A stretch of 63,496 bases of DNA, filler included, from Rhabdomonas costata (lineage: Eukaryota), in assembly GCA_019059605.1 (NCBI GenBank). It is 41 parts of 41 records of this genome, joined end to end, with 100 filler letters (N's around TTAATTAATTAA, not from the genome) between each part and the next. Parts side by side here need not be neighbours in the genome. Positions count along the whole stretch, not along the records: positions 1 to 1,452 come from JAHMHO010015580.1; positions 1,553 to 3,004 come from JAHMHO010015581.1; positions 3,105 to 4,556 come from JAHMHO010015582.1; positions 4,657 to 6,109 come from JAHMHO010015583.1; positions 6,210 to 7,661 come from JAHMHO010015584.1; positions 7,762 to 9,213 come from JAHMHO010015585.1; positions 9,314 to 10,765 come from JAHMHO010015586.1; positions 10,866 to 12,317 come from JAHMHO010015587.1; 33 more parts are not named here. One strand, given 5' to 3'. Positions 1-11,998 of this stretch are shown here, one piece after another. The notes beneath the pieces are model-generated. The model worked only from the letters and a program-made list of their open reading frames with translations, was not told the origin of the DNA and ran no database searches. The stretch's first letter is position 1. Each line of letters starts with the position of its first letter. The translations under genes and the position numbers were made by a program.

Positions 1-936
1 GTTGGTGTTGGGAGTGGCTCCAGCCGGTGGCTGGGACTGCGCACTGTTGCAGAAGTGGCAGTAAGGGCGGTCAGCAGAAGGCCACCCTCAGGAGCCTGGA
101 TCCCCGTCCCCATTGCAATAGAAAGCCCAAGAGCAATGTGGGCACCTCATCAAATGCCATCACCTCCACCGTCCCGTCCCGTACGCAGACGACGCGAGAC
201 GACGACGAGCACTTCGTGAATGACACCGAGATCCCCCAAAAAGCAACCAAAAACTTGAGAAGTGAACTCGCTCACTGTTTTGATGCAGCTTCAGCGCGGC
301 ACGAACATCTTCTGGGCCTACTTCATCGTGATTGCCCGATCCCTGGCGTTTCAGGGCATCCTGGTCCTGGACGTTTTCTTGTCGAACCCCTTTGGTATCG
401 CATCCAATCTCGCAATCGGCCGAGTTTCAAACAATTCGGACGGTGGATGGAGAGATGAGGCGGAAAGCCTGTCGGGGAGCAGTTCAGTGTGCAGGGGCCC
501 AGATGTGCAGGGGGTGACCTCACACTCAATGCACCTTTCACTAATCTGTATAGTGTCGCTTCTATGTCTGTCTGTCTGTCTCGTTTTTTGTAGAATATAT
601 GGACTGCTTGCGGTATTGCGCTGAAACCTTTTCGGTGTGCAGGACAAGCTTTGGGAGCACTGGGGAGGAGGGGGGGTAACGTGTGGATACGTGGATTCGT
701 GTGTAGGATGCTTCATCTGCATTTTGTGTGGATGGGCCGCCTCGGGCCTTCGATGCCACACCCCAGGCACCATTTTGCGTGAATCCGCAGTGAAAGCCTT
801 ATGACTTTGTTATGGCTGTGCTGGTATGTTGCCCGTCTGACCACGGTACACCCCTCACTTGTGCGAGTGAGTTCCCACAGCCTTCGCCCGCAATGTGTTT
901 GTTTCGATGTCCCATCCCTTTTTGTTTGCACCTCAG

Positions 937-1105
937 CGGGGGGCCCCACGCACTTCCCTCTGGAGAGATTCCTTGCGGAGCTCCAAGGGGTGGCCGAGAG
1001 GCTGCTGCTGCTGCCTGAGCTCCCCCCTGTGGCGGGGACGCTGGTGCCGCCCAGCGAGCCCGTCCCTACGGCGCCCGGCTCTGTCACGGAAAATACGGGA
1101 CTCTG
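937..1105 (+). CDS. Probable internal exon of an unknown protein
   Basis: Begins after CCTCAG, GC3-rich open frame GGPTHFPLERFLAELQGVAERLLLLPELPP, followed by a GT. No family recognised. Confidence 0.3.
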
Positions 1106-1452
1106 GTGGAGATGGCTAGGTCTTCTTGCCTCACCGCTTCAGTGTTTCCTTGTCCCACATTGTTTACCTCCCGAGAAAGTGGCAGTTCTGACCGTTCTGA
1201 GACAACTATTCTTTGACTCTGATGATACCTTTTTTCGCCTTCCTCGCGGCAAGCCGTGATACACACCAGTTGGCATGGTAAATTCAGTCGATGCACCTCC
1301 ACATACGTACACACCAATTAGGGGTTTGGGTCGGCATTGCATTCACATGTCCTCTCCAGTAGGGAAGCGGTTCCTTCCCGTTTCCTTCCTGTTTCCTTCC
1401 CGTACGCCAAATGGCGCAATTTTGGCACCATATTAAGCCGTCTTGCCCCAAC

Positions 1453-1552
1453 NNNNNNNNNNNNNNNNNNNNNNNNNNNNNNNNNNNNNNNNNNNNTTAA
1501 TTAATTAANNNNNNNNNNNNNNNNNNNNNNNNNNNNNNNNNNNNNNNNNNNN
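1453..1552. other. Artificial contig-joining linker N44-TTAATTAATTAA-N44 (first of 40, recurring about every 1551 nt)
   Basis: An identical 12-mer with stops in all six frames, flanked by N runs, separates unrelated fragments of about 1450 bp throughout the window. Confidence 0.99.
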
Positions 1553-1937
1553 GGGTGGGGGTGTACAGCTGCTGCAAGGCGAGCTGCCGACAGGACAGCT
1601 GCCGCGTCCGGTTTAGCCAGAAAATGGCACAGTGAGTAAAGGAAGATAAAGGGTAACTCTGAACTTTCATGGGCGCGTGGAACTTTTTGTGTGTTGAGGG
1701 TACATTGGGAGGTGTCATCGTCCGGCAAGTACATGTGTGGGCATTATTCAAAGGCCCGACATACCGGAGCAACTGCTCTGCCGCCATGGTGGCAAGACCA
1801 GGCCACGAGCGGTGCTCCTCCGCCTGAACCGCGAGGCGGTGGGCAGGCTCCGCAAGCACCACCAGCCGACTCACGGCCTCCTCAGCCTGAAGGCGAGCAA
1901 TCTCGCGAAGGCGCTCCATTTCCAAGGGTTCCTGTAA
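1553..1937 (+). CDS. Last two exons of an unknown protein (exons 1553-1631 and 1754-1937)
   Basis: GT-AG intron 1632-1753 joins VYSCCKASCRQDSCRVRFSQKMAQ in frame to PDIPEQLLCRHGG...HFQGFL-stop. Confidence 0.45.
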
Positions 1938-2704
1938 CGGCGGGCGCGAAAACCGACACCCTTTTCCTCTTAGACCCACAACCAGACCAGCCGCCCAACA
2001 CACACATGCCACACCACAGCGAGGCAAACCAGCACAATTTCATGTCTATAGACGGCATTGATCACACAGCGCACCACACTTTTCAAGGAGTTTGTCCATT
2101 TGAACACCAAACCGTCAGATTTGGGAAATAGCCGAATAGAGAAGTTTACTATAGAAATATTGCCAATACCATCAATGCCCCTCCGAGAAAACCCTGCAAG
2201 GAAGGGAAATTCCTTGTGTACCAGGGGAGTGGTTAGCTGAGTGAATTCCTGTTAAAGTGCATGTTCCTACTATTGTGAGATTCTAACCGCTCCCTCCCTC
2301 CCCCGCCCGATAAGGGCAACACCTGCCAAATCGCTGCGAGAGGAGTGACCTGTTTCCAAAAGGGTGACATACTGCTCTGCTATTCAACTCAACAAATCTG
2401 CCATCAATTCCTATTAGACTTTCAGATACTTGCTCTTTTCAGGGAAAGGTACAAGACCTGTATGCGCAAGAGCAAACTTTGAGCCTATTCGGCCAATGTG
2501 TGAAGAAGGTCCCGCTGAAGTCCTCAGTCGAAAGCAAGCAGACCACCACATTCCCAACCGGACGTGAGCCGACAACCCACAACCACGAATTCCCTCAACA
2601 GTCCCAACCCAGCACAGCCGTTCCCAATGACAGCACATCTGTGCAGACCGAAAGGATGGGCAAAAGTCAAAAACTGACGACGCACGCACTTGTACACAAG
2701 AGGA

Positions 2705-2724
2705 GCTGCTGCTGCTGCTGCTGC
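2705..2724. repeat. (CTG)n microsatellite
   Basis: gctgctgctgctgctgctgc. Confidence 0.9.
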
Positions 2725-3476
2725 CGTAGATGGTGCTGCTGCGTGCTCCCTGCCGTTCCTGCCAGAAACGCCAGGGGTCCTCCACCGGGGCCTCTGCGTG
2801 GAGTCGCCTTCTCTTCGCCGTCCCCACAGCAACAGTTTGGCTCCCAGCCGATGCTTGCGTTTCGCCACGGGCAATCTCATCCTTCACGGCTTCTGCCAGC
2901 GCCGGGTTGGCGAGGGCAAGCAAAAGCCGCTGGGGCCGCAACCGTGCTGTACATCCAAACCACACCCAAATATGTACCAAGACGACGGTAGTGCACACCA
3001 CAAANNNNNNNNNNNNNNNNNNNNNNNNNNNNNNNNNNNNNNNNNNNNTTAATTAATTAANNNNNNNNNNNNNNNNNNNNNNNNNNNNNNNNNNNNNNNN
3101 NNNNGGGTTTGTTGAAAAATTCAAGATTATCCGTTTACGCCATTTACGCAGAACACGTCAACTGTTACATTGGAGCCTTGGGTGCTTTTCATTGAGAGTT
3201 TTGAAAAGTCTTCATAGAAACCCTCTCACACTATCTCACTGGACCCTGGTTTTTGTCTCCAGTGAGCTGGAAGCTGAGGAAGCCTTTCAAACATCCGTTC
3301 CATCTACAGCCGTGTCGGGAGACTGGTTTTTGCTCATTGAAAATTAAACCGTCGTCAGTGGGCAGCCCACATCTTCCTCAACTCAAACACCGCAATGTGT
3401 GCTTTGCCCATTCAGGCGGAACCTGTGAGCTCTAACCCCAACTCTAGACCTGCACTCGCATTCGTTTGGGGCATAC

Positions 3477-3999
3477 GGTATTCTTTTTGGGATGGGACTC
3501 CAGGGCCTTCGCCATCATATCGTCGATCTCCCGGAAAACTTTGTCCGTCGCACCAGGGCCCACGGACCTCACCCGAGAGACGAACCGACGGCCGACTGGA
3601 GCGTTCAACTTCACATTGGCAACCCCTGAGCATACGGGAAGCATTGAGCGACACAAAGTACCAAGCGCTGTCCTAGGACGAAACACTTCTTCCGGATGAG
3701 GTGTAAATAGCACTCAAACCTTCACAAAAATGCATAACCAAAACTTTCGCTCCTGATATAATGCTCTATGCTTTTGGCAACAACCATTGGTTTGGGCGAC
3801 TGGAAAATTGCAGGCCCAAGGCCCAACCAGGCCTGGATCCAACCAAGAAGCACATTAACAAACCCGCGCCGTCCTGTCCCCGATTGAATTGTTTCTGCAT
3901 CATCAGGTAGATTTTCTTGAGGGCGTAATGGGAAGTTCCGTATTTCTCCGCATAGTACTCTGGCGGCTTCAACAGCCGCAGAAAAACGATTCCGCACAT
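3477..3999 (-). CDS. purF: Amidophosphoribosyltransferase (class II glutamine amidotransferase), Bacteroidetes-like; exons 1-2 (3999-3864, 3625-3477)
   Basis: Spliced protein MCGIVFLRLLKPPEYYAEKYGTSHYALKKIYLMMQKQFNRGQDGAG/VANVKLNAPVGRRFVSRVRS... It has the Ntn nucleophile Cys at position 2, the RGQDGAG motif, and the RLLKPxEYYxEKYG insert I associate with Bacteroidetes PurF. A phase-1 GT-AG intron (3863-3626) restores the frame. Confidence 0.88.
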
Positions 4000-4656
4000 C
4001 ACGCAGTTTTACGAAAAAGAACACAGGAGGGTGCAAAAACCCCTATGACATGCTCTTTTTCAGAAAAAACATTGGCAAGTGGGAAAGAAGCCTGAGAAAC
4101 GTGAAAAATGAAGCCCGGGCTACGAGTGCTGCGCAGTCCTCGCCCTCGCGTGTTTCTCCTTAGCGTGAACTGCAGCGCCTCTCAAGAATAGACCTCTCCT
4201 TCTCTTCCAGACCCGATGTCTGCCTTCACACAGTTAGAGAGTGGTATACCCTCTTTGCAACTTTTTCAGTAGGGTTTTTCAGTAGGGTTCTTCAATCTTT
4301 TCGTTCGGTCCTCCCAAGCAATGACCCGGTGTGTTGAGCACCGCTGTGGCCACGCCAGCGAAGATGCTGGCCTACACCTCGGTGGTGTTGGGCCGCGGGG
4401 CTGCAGTCCAAACTAGACCCAGAGCACACCCGCAGGGCAATCGTGTGCCGCTGCGAAGTCCGCGTTGCGGAACAAGGCCCGGAACAAGAAAACCAAGTAC
4501 GCCCTGCATTCATCCCCTTCATGATGTCCACCTTTGGGGCTGTGCACACCCCACCCNNNNNNNNNNNNNNNNNNNNNNNNNNNNNNNNNNNNNNNNNNNN
4601 TTAATTAATTAANNNNNNNNNNNNNNNNNNNNNNNNNNNNNNNNNNNNNNNNNNNN

Positions 4657-6109
4657 TTTGCCGGCTCTATGAAACCAAGCTCCTGGAGACTCTTCAGTTG
4701 CTTCCGCAATTCCCCATCTTCCGCCGGTGACATTCGGTACAGCCCCTGGGCTGGTACCTTACTGTCCGGCTTCAAATCAATCCTGTGGTCCGTCCTCCTC
4801 AAAGGGGGTAACCCTCCGGGAACTGACGCTGGAACGGTGTGCGCAAATTCTTGATTGAGCCTCTGAATCTCTGGAGGTGTTGGTAACACCGCACAAGTGG
4901 GGCCACAAATGCTGTGGTCCACCTTTTTGATCAACTTTTCTACCTCCTTTCGAGGCGAACGCAACTTTCTTTTGACCTTTCACTTAGGCTCCTGAGCCCT
5001 AGCAATGGCTCGCTGGTCTTGCTTGGTTGGAACACCCTCTTCCACCTCCAGTGCAGAAACCACGACCTGTGGATGGGACTGTGGATTTGGTCTACAACAA
5101 GACTCCAACACTCTGGACGTTGGTACTGCTTGGGACGTCGCCTCCACCCTCCACTGCTATTGTGGGCTCGTGGGGGAACGACCTCTGAACGTTCTGCGGT
5201 GGAGCAGTCAACAGTTTCACCGGGGCAACTTCCACTTGCTCTGCCTCCAACATTCCTGTGGTGGGGCATGTGATTCAAAATGAATCTACTGCTGAAAGCG
5301 CCTGGATGTCGTACATTCTTCCTCCTCTCCACACCTTGACATTTCTGCGCTTCCAATCAATCTGCGGCTGCAGCCTCGTTAAAAAGTGATAGCCCAGCAC
5401 AACTGTGATTGCCGTCTTGATCACTCTCAAAAACAATTTGATCTGCATGGTACCCAAGCTTCCGACAACTCGGACGAAGTGCGTCACGGGAAGTCCTTCC
5501 CCGTTCGAAACCCTCACCGCAAGCTTCTGCTGCAACGGGTACCTCTGCAAACGGAATCTCTGGACCAACTCCTGACTTGTAAACGAATCTGAAGCTCCGG
5601 AATCCAATAACGCCCTAACTTGGGTGTTCCCAATCCACAGCGGCAAGAACATTAGTGGCTGATGGGGGGGAGGGTCTGGAAAATCTCCCAAGAACCCAAC
5701 CCCCTCTCTCGCGTCTCTCTGGAATGGCAACACGAACAGCGGGACCGGGGTTATGCCTTCCCCTCTTCGGATTCTGCTCACCGCTGTCTTTACTAAGTCA
5801 TCCAAAGACTCCTCTGAAAACTCGTCTACTACCACGCTCCACTCGCAAAGATCTGTGCGATGCTCGGAATCGGGAGATTCCCTCCAAATCTTAGGCGAGT
5901 GTCATCCTATGAGTCAAGTTGAAGTACCTCTTCCTCACTACTGGGTCTAACCAGTAATCTGGCCACCAATCGTCTGGCGCCCCCTCTGATTCTACCCTCA
6001 GTGGTGCACAGAGTGGTCCATCAAATCTCAATGTCGCAAAGCACAACTCCGATTCTATCGCTCCCAAGCTTGCTTCGTCCACTGGGTGCCTAGACAAGGC
6101 ATCCGCAGC
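4657..6109 (-). mobile_element. Ty3/gypsy LTR retrotransposon pol fragment (aspartic protease to start of RT), disrupted
   Basis: Protease motif VRALLDSGAS...VVLGYHFL..LQPQIDW, then PPLRRTDHRIDLKPDSKVPAQGLYRMSPAEDGELRKQLKSLQELGFIEP, a typical gypsy pre-RT segment. A stop and frame changes lie between them. Confidence 0.93.
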
Positions 6110-7968
6110 NNNNNNNNNNNNNNNNNNNNNNNNNNNNNNNNNNNNNNNNNNNNTTAATTAATTAANNNNNNNNNNNNNNNNNNNNNNNNNNNNNNNNNNN
6201 NNNNNNNNNCAATTCGATTTAAAATGTCACTGCCTCCGCAATAAAGGGTCTCCAGCATTCGCTTCCAGGTTCTTCCGGACAGAGTGCTCGGGCTAACAGT
6301 TTCGGGTTGGGGTGGTGGCGCATGGGGTCCACACAAATTTGGTGATCATTGGCACTGCATGGCAGAAATGCTACAGCATAGTGCACAATGACCCACGACG
6401 GGCCTACAAAAAGACCGGAACGGAAGCAAGCGAAGGGAGATGAGGAAACGTTCGAAAAGCGTGCAAGGAAAACACACCCGGGTTCCCGGGGACCAGCACA
6501 ATAACAGTCTCGAAGCCACGGCGTGTGCAGGAACTCAGAACCATCTCCTGTGCAAGAAGGACAAAGCAAGCAAGTCAATAACAAGTCCAGTTCAATCACC
6601 TTGAGCTGACTTTTCGAGAAAGAAGAAACAAAGATGCACACGACTCGTCAGAGGCCTATTCAAAAAATGATTATACTCAGCGATTGGCTGTCAAAAGTTC
6701 TTCAGACGCCTGACCGCTTCCCGGTCGCTGTTCGCGAACCAATCACTCCTCTGCTGCTGCACTCTCTGGCGCTCGTCGCCAAGGCACGGAGACATAGGAC
6801 CTACCGTTGTCTGCTCTCTCTCTCTCTCTCTGGAATCCTCAAATCACACATATAATTACACACACAGGAGGGTACTGCAGCACTTCACATAGGATGCCGT
6901 TGAGGTTCACTACAGACAGCGCGGGGTCCACAGCGAAGGCCGCATCCTGGGCGGCCACAGTCGAGGACATTTCGGGCGCCATTCCAGATAATGCACTCGC
7001 GAATAAAATGGAGTGCTGGATTGCAGAAATGACATGGACAGTAATGAATACTCCAAATGTAAAGAGTTAGGTATGCCTTAACCCAAACCTACTCAAAGGA
7101 CATCGTAATTCACCGTGACACCGACAGCAAAAATTGTATACCAATATCACGCGGAAATTTGTCCGCCCGACACCCACAGCCAAAAAACTGTCCAAAAAGC
7201 AGCAAGCTACACCCCAATGCGCATCGCTCTAAAGTCTCTCCGAGCAACTCTGGGCCATTGGCCCAGTGGCCTTCCAGAACAACTGCGGCTCTGTACTATC
7301 GCAGTGGGCACTTATCAAAAGAAACATTATCGCCACCCTGAGGCACACCAGACACCAGTTTCTCCAATGGAAAACACCTGTAACGAAAATCTGGCCAAAA
7401 TGCTGAACCGTGGGGCTCTATTAAATGCCAGAGCGTCTCAGTTTCGACAAGCAGACAAAAATAAAGTGTCATAAGTTCGCCGAGCTGAGTTCCGGTGTTG
7501 CGTTCTCTTGCGCATTCACGCAATGAGATATTTAAAAACTTCTCTGTGGCCTTCATCTCTATTGAAAGTTTAACAACCGTATTCGAGTCCGAGTCCGTAT
7601 TCGGGTTTCCAAGCTAATAGAGTCTAAGCCCACAGCTCCAGCCATTCTAATCACCCAAAACNNNNNNNNNNNNNNNNNNNNNNNNNNNNNNNNNNNNNNN
7701 NNNNNTTAATTAATTAANNNNNNNNNNNNNNNNNNNNNNNNNNNNNNNNNNNNNNNNNNNNGGTCCTGCCAGTTCTTAGCACAACGGAGACCAATGCCCT
7801 GTCCATTGGTGTCTTCACCAGTGCCTTGACCGTTTTTGGTCGTTACAGCTGTGCCGTGATACCAAAGTGTGTGGGGCAGTTCAACCTTTTCCTCGCTTGA
7901 ATAAAAGTCTCAAATCAGCGTGTACGTATCTCTTTGCTTTTTTCCGGATTTCCTCTTTGCTGTTGAAG

Positions 7969-8715
7969 GCCTTGGGGTGCATCCTGTATGAAATGGCGGC
8001 CCTTCATCCTCCCTTCGTGGCTTCCAACTTCATGGCCCTCGTCCTTCAGATCACAAATGGTGTCCCCTAATTTTTGAATTTTGGACCGGCTTCGGATCTC
8101 TTTGCGCGGTGGTCAACTGATTGCAAGGGACCTGCCATGGAACCCCGATGGTAATCTCCATATGTAAAAATCTGGTGAAAAGGACTTGCGCGAAGCGCCT
8201 AGGCCTGGGTCAATCTCTTGTGGTTTGTTGGGCCCCACTGAAGTGAGATTGTATGTCGGCCCTGAATCTTAAAAATCATCCTCTGCGGTTTATCTGAAGG
8301 CAGCGATTTGTTTGCCAAGGGTGACGAGAGTGTGTGGTATCAAGGCGGGGCTGCTGCTTTGTGGTCTCTCTGCCACACTTTGTGCTAGAGCCTTTCAGCG
8401 TCATTAGTCTTGCATCGCCACACCGGAAGCGTTCCCAGTTCGTCATGGCTCGTCCCAAACGAGCACCGCGCCTGCGGTCTCATGCACGGTACCTTCTTCA
8501 CAGGGAAGTACGACCCTCTTCCAACGCAGTACTCGCCTGCCCTCAGCGGGGTGGTGAACTCTCTGCTTGTGCAGGACCCCCACGACAGGCCCACGGCCAG
8601 GGCCCTTCTGGAGGACCACGGGCTGTTCGGGCTGGCCAACGGCGAGCAGCTCGGCAGGGTGGGCGTTCGCGATGCTGAGCGTGCCGCTCGCCGCGACCTG
8701 CAGATCCACTACGAG
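7969..8715 (+). CDS. NEK (NIMA-related) Ser/Thr kinase, subdomains IX-XI (exons 7969-8059, 8504 to about 8715)
   Basis: ALGCILYEMAALHPPFVASNFMALVLQITN/GKYDPLPTQYSPALSGVVNSLLVQDPHDRPTA, joined by GT-AG intron 8060-8503. Confidence 0.9.
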
Positions 8716-11365
8716 GCCTGTGCTCAACTGTCACCAACTCCACTCCCCCAACGCCGTCCGTTTTGGGACTGTGAGAGAGTCTCTGAGGCAGATGTTCGAA
8801 ATGTCTTGTTTGAAATTGCGCAGTTGCGGTGGTTCAGTATTGGCCGAGATACTGCTCTGGACGACGGCAGCTTTACTTTGGTTTGTGTTTTTGTGTTTTA
8901 GCACATGGAAAGTGGGTGTGATTCAGCAGCAGCAGCAGCAGCAGTGTTTGCACATGTGTGATGTGTAGTCGTGAGAACGACACGGGCATTAAACTAAGGA
9001 ATGCAGCACCGTTACCTCAGAGCTTGTATTTCTCAATGCTGAAAGTACAGCGGCATTTTGGAAGAGAAAGTCTCATGGAGTAGAAAATCGTGAAGCCACT
9101 AAACTTTTGGAGTATAGCCCACCTCGAAAGCAAATAAACAGAAACATCTGTGTGTCGGATGAGTGAACCTAAACACTGTGTTTTTTCACCACACCCCCAA
9201 CCACACCCAACACNNNNNNNNNNNNNNNNNNNNNNNNNNNNNNNNNNNNNNNNNNNNTTAATTAATTAANNNNNNNNNNNNNNNNNNNNNNNNNNNNNNN
9301 NNNNNNNNNNNNNCCTTTTTGGAGAATCTGCCGACGCCCTTTGTGGGCACAGAGCTATGCTTGCGGTCCACTGTGGAGCTGTTGTGCACCTTAGCGAACC
9401 ATTCCCTGCGGGCAGTGCAGCTAAGCGTGCCCCCATGGAGTACTCGTGCTCCGAGTCAACGCACAGTCAAGCACAACTGGTGTGATTGACACGATGCAGA
9501 ACGACAGCAAAACGACAATCAGAACATGCACGTGAACATTCAAAGGCTGAAGACCGCAACCCGACAGAGAGGAAGAGGGAGTCAGCTGGAGGGGAGCTGC
9601 AAGTAAGAAGAAGAAGAGATGAAAACAATGGAAAGGTGGATGGGAGTGGAAAATAGGACGGGGATACCGGTGCCGCGTGTCGAGCTTCGACAGAAAACCG
9701 AGATTCCCACCATGTCTCCCTCAACCCCAAAAAGAGGAAAGAGGTTAGCCCCTCTTGCACAGCACCAGCCTCTATCCGCGATCGCCTCTGAAGCAATGAA
9801 AGGCAGCAGGAAAAAAAAAGGCGGAAATTGAACGGCCCCCCATTCACTTTTCGACCTTCTGCAGAAACTAAAAATCGGAAGCCGGCAGTGGAGGAGCAAG
9901 GGAGCAAGGGAGGGCCCCGTCCCTGCCTCCTCTCTTTAGTCGTCGGAAGAGCCACGCCAGAAATTCACGGGGAGCAGGGCGATGGTGGGGTCAGCCAGGA
10001 GGTGAGCGTTCTTCCGGAGCTGAACTTGAAGCCTAAGGAGAAACCCAATAATAACAACATACGCATACCCCGTCACGCACCCGTCAGCTGCCGCCGAAGC
10101 AGAATTGCAGGATTGCAGCAGTGATAGTCCGAGTGCAGTGCAAACTCGAAGCAAAAATCCTACATCCTCTCTTTCTTGAAAATAAAAACTGAAGCAAAAA
10201 GACACTCGCAGCCTGGCAACGGTCTAGCCAGCACTTCCAGGGAACCCTCAGCCCCCACCAACCGTTCCTCGATGCATCGCACACGCCAACGCGACTAGGA
10301 CAGGTGCATTTAGAAGGCGTGAGACAGCCACAGCGGCCGAAGCGGTGGCGGGAGGCGGGACGGACGCGACTTTTTGGAGCGGTCACCCAGAACTTTTCGC
10401 AACTCATTTCGTTCGGGCCACGCAGAAGGTGCAGAGAACTTTGGTTGTCCGCCGGTGATTCTTCCCATCTACAACCCCAAAAGAGAGAACTACCGATTAT
10501 GGAAACCGGAACATCTTTGTTCCCACCCAACCTGCCTTTCAAAATCCACAGACGAAGAAGGAAGGAAACACTGGGGAGCGGAGGGGAGGCCGGCACCGCT
10601 GCTGCCAAGAGCTGGAGAGCTGTGGCCCCCCGCCGTTCACCGCAGCGTACAAGTCCGCGAGCTGGTGGTCCGGGTTGCTCTCCAGTGCCTTGATGATCTC
10701 CTCCAAGCCATCCTGGCTGATGGGGTCGCCCTCCTGACAACACGACAACCCCACCCACCACACCCNNNNNNNNNNNNNNNNNNNNNNNNNNNNNNNNNNN
10801 NNNNNNNNNTTAATTAATTAANNNNNNNNNNNNNNNNNNNNNNNNNNNNNNNNNNNNNNNNNNNNTTGTTGTGTGGTTTACAGGTTTCACGGCGTTTATG
10901 GGATGGCATTATTGAAGGGAGGTCAGGCGCCGCGGGCTGCGAAAGGCAGCTCGTTGGGGGGGGGGGCGTAATGGAAACCACGACAATTTTTTGATGAAGT
11001 TATTCTTGAGCACAGGAGGTTAGGTAAAACATACCCGCACCCACTCTATGGTAGCATTCAGAATGGAACCAAACGGAAAGGCAAAGGCTGTGCACAACAC
11101 GAAGGAAGGTCTTAGGGTCGTAAGTGCACCGACGTGATGGACAAAAGCACTCCGGAGATGAGAGAACAGCAGCCAGGGTTCAACGGCCACATTCCACGCG
11201 ATTCCACATCCACACTCGCACATATAGTCAGAGGGGCAGGGCCTTATTTACGCCAACGCGGGAGCTTTAAGAATTTCTTCTTTTTGTGATGGAGGGGAAA
11301 CATGAGAACTCAAGGCCGCAACAGAAACGAGAAACGGAGGCAGTTGAGAAGGAGCAGGCACGCAC

Positions 11366-11998
11366 GTGGTCCAGAATGTCCGCAAAGACCACGGTAACCC
11401 GGGCCTGAGTGATGTTGGGGTGCTTCGCAGAGGTGTGTACGAGTTCACTGATCTTCTTCAGGCGAATCCGCGAGGCCTTGAACCCGAACACGAAGAGCAA
11501 GGCGTCGATCACATTGGACTTCCCACTACCGTTGGGCCCGACGATGGACGTGAAGAACTGCGAAAGAGATGTTGGTCATTCCTTCTGATCGGTCGGCGTA
11601 AAATACGATTGCTGTTCGTTCTCTACAAAGTGCTTCATCCGAAAATAACAACGTGTGCAAACAGTCCCACGTCCTTTCTTTCAGCTTACGAATTTTCGAC
11701 AGGACCAATGACGCTAAAAGCATACAAAAAACACAAAAAAGAACAGTGCACAAGACATCGGGTTCGGGAAGGAACGTGGATCGTTGACACTGGAACAAGT
11801 CGCAGTTAACATGGTTGTGAGGTACCGAAGAAAGATCATGGATGGGGGCGGGGGTTCTGCCTTGTGGAAGGGCCCGATCTGCTGCACCCCTGCGTAGGAC
11901 TTGAAGTTCTCCAACTGCATCTCCATAATCATCAGCCGAGCCTGGGAAGCACCCGAGGCCTCCGGGATGCCCCCAGGCAGGGAAGTTTGCATGGACAT
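11366..11998 (-). CDS. SMC4: Condensin subunit SMC4, N-terminal ATPase head (exons 11998-11861, 11557-11366)
   Basis: LMIMEMQLENFKSYAGVQQIGPFHK/FFTSIVGPNGSGKSNVIDALLFVFGFKASRIRLKKISELVH contains the Walker A and SMC4-typical motifs. Intron 1 is GC-AG. Confidence 0.95.

Noticed and set aside
1453-1552. Regularly spaced TTAATTAATTAA as a CRISPR repeat, tandem array or nanochromosome boundary
   Set aside because: It is always embedded in N runs and gives stops in six frames, so it is an assembly linker. ORFs ending in X...LIN are artefacts of it.
3477-3999. purF (and the carbamoyltransferase) as bacterial contamination
   Set aside because: Both are split by frame-restoring GT-AG introns with the same donor style as the host genes.
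4262-4289. Short tandem duplications (also near 1371, 31931, 35012 and 40171)
   Set aside because: Only 2-3 copies of 11-21 nt with no spacers; ordinary slippage duplications.
6210-6340. Kinase-like words (HHPN, YCGGSDILNRI) on the minus strand
   Set aside because: They fall in different frames and no other kinase motifs are present, so this is probably chance.
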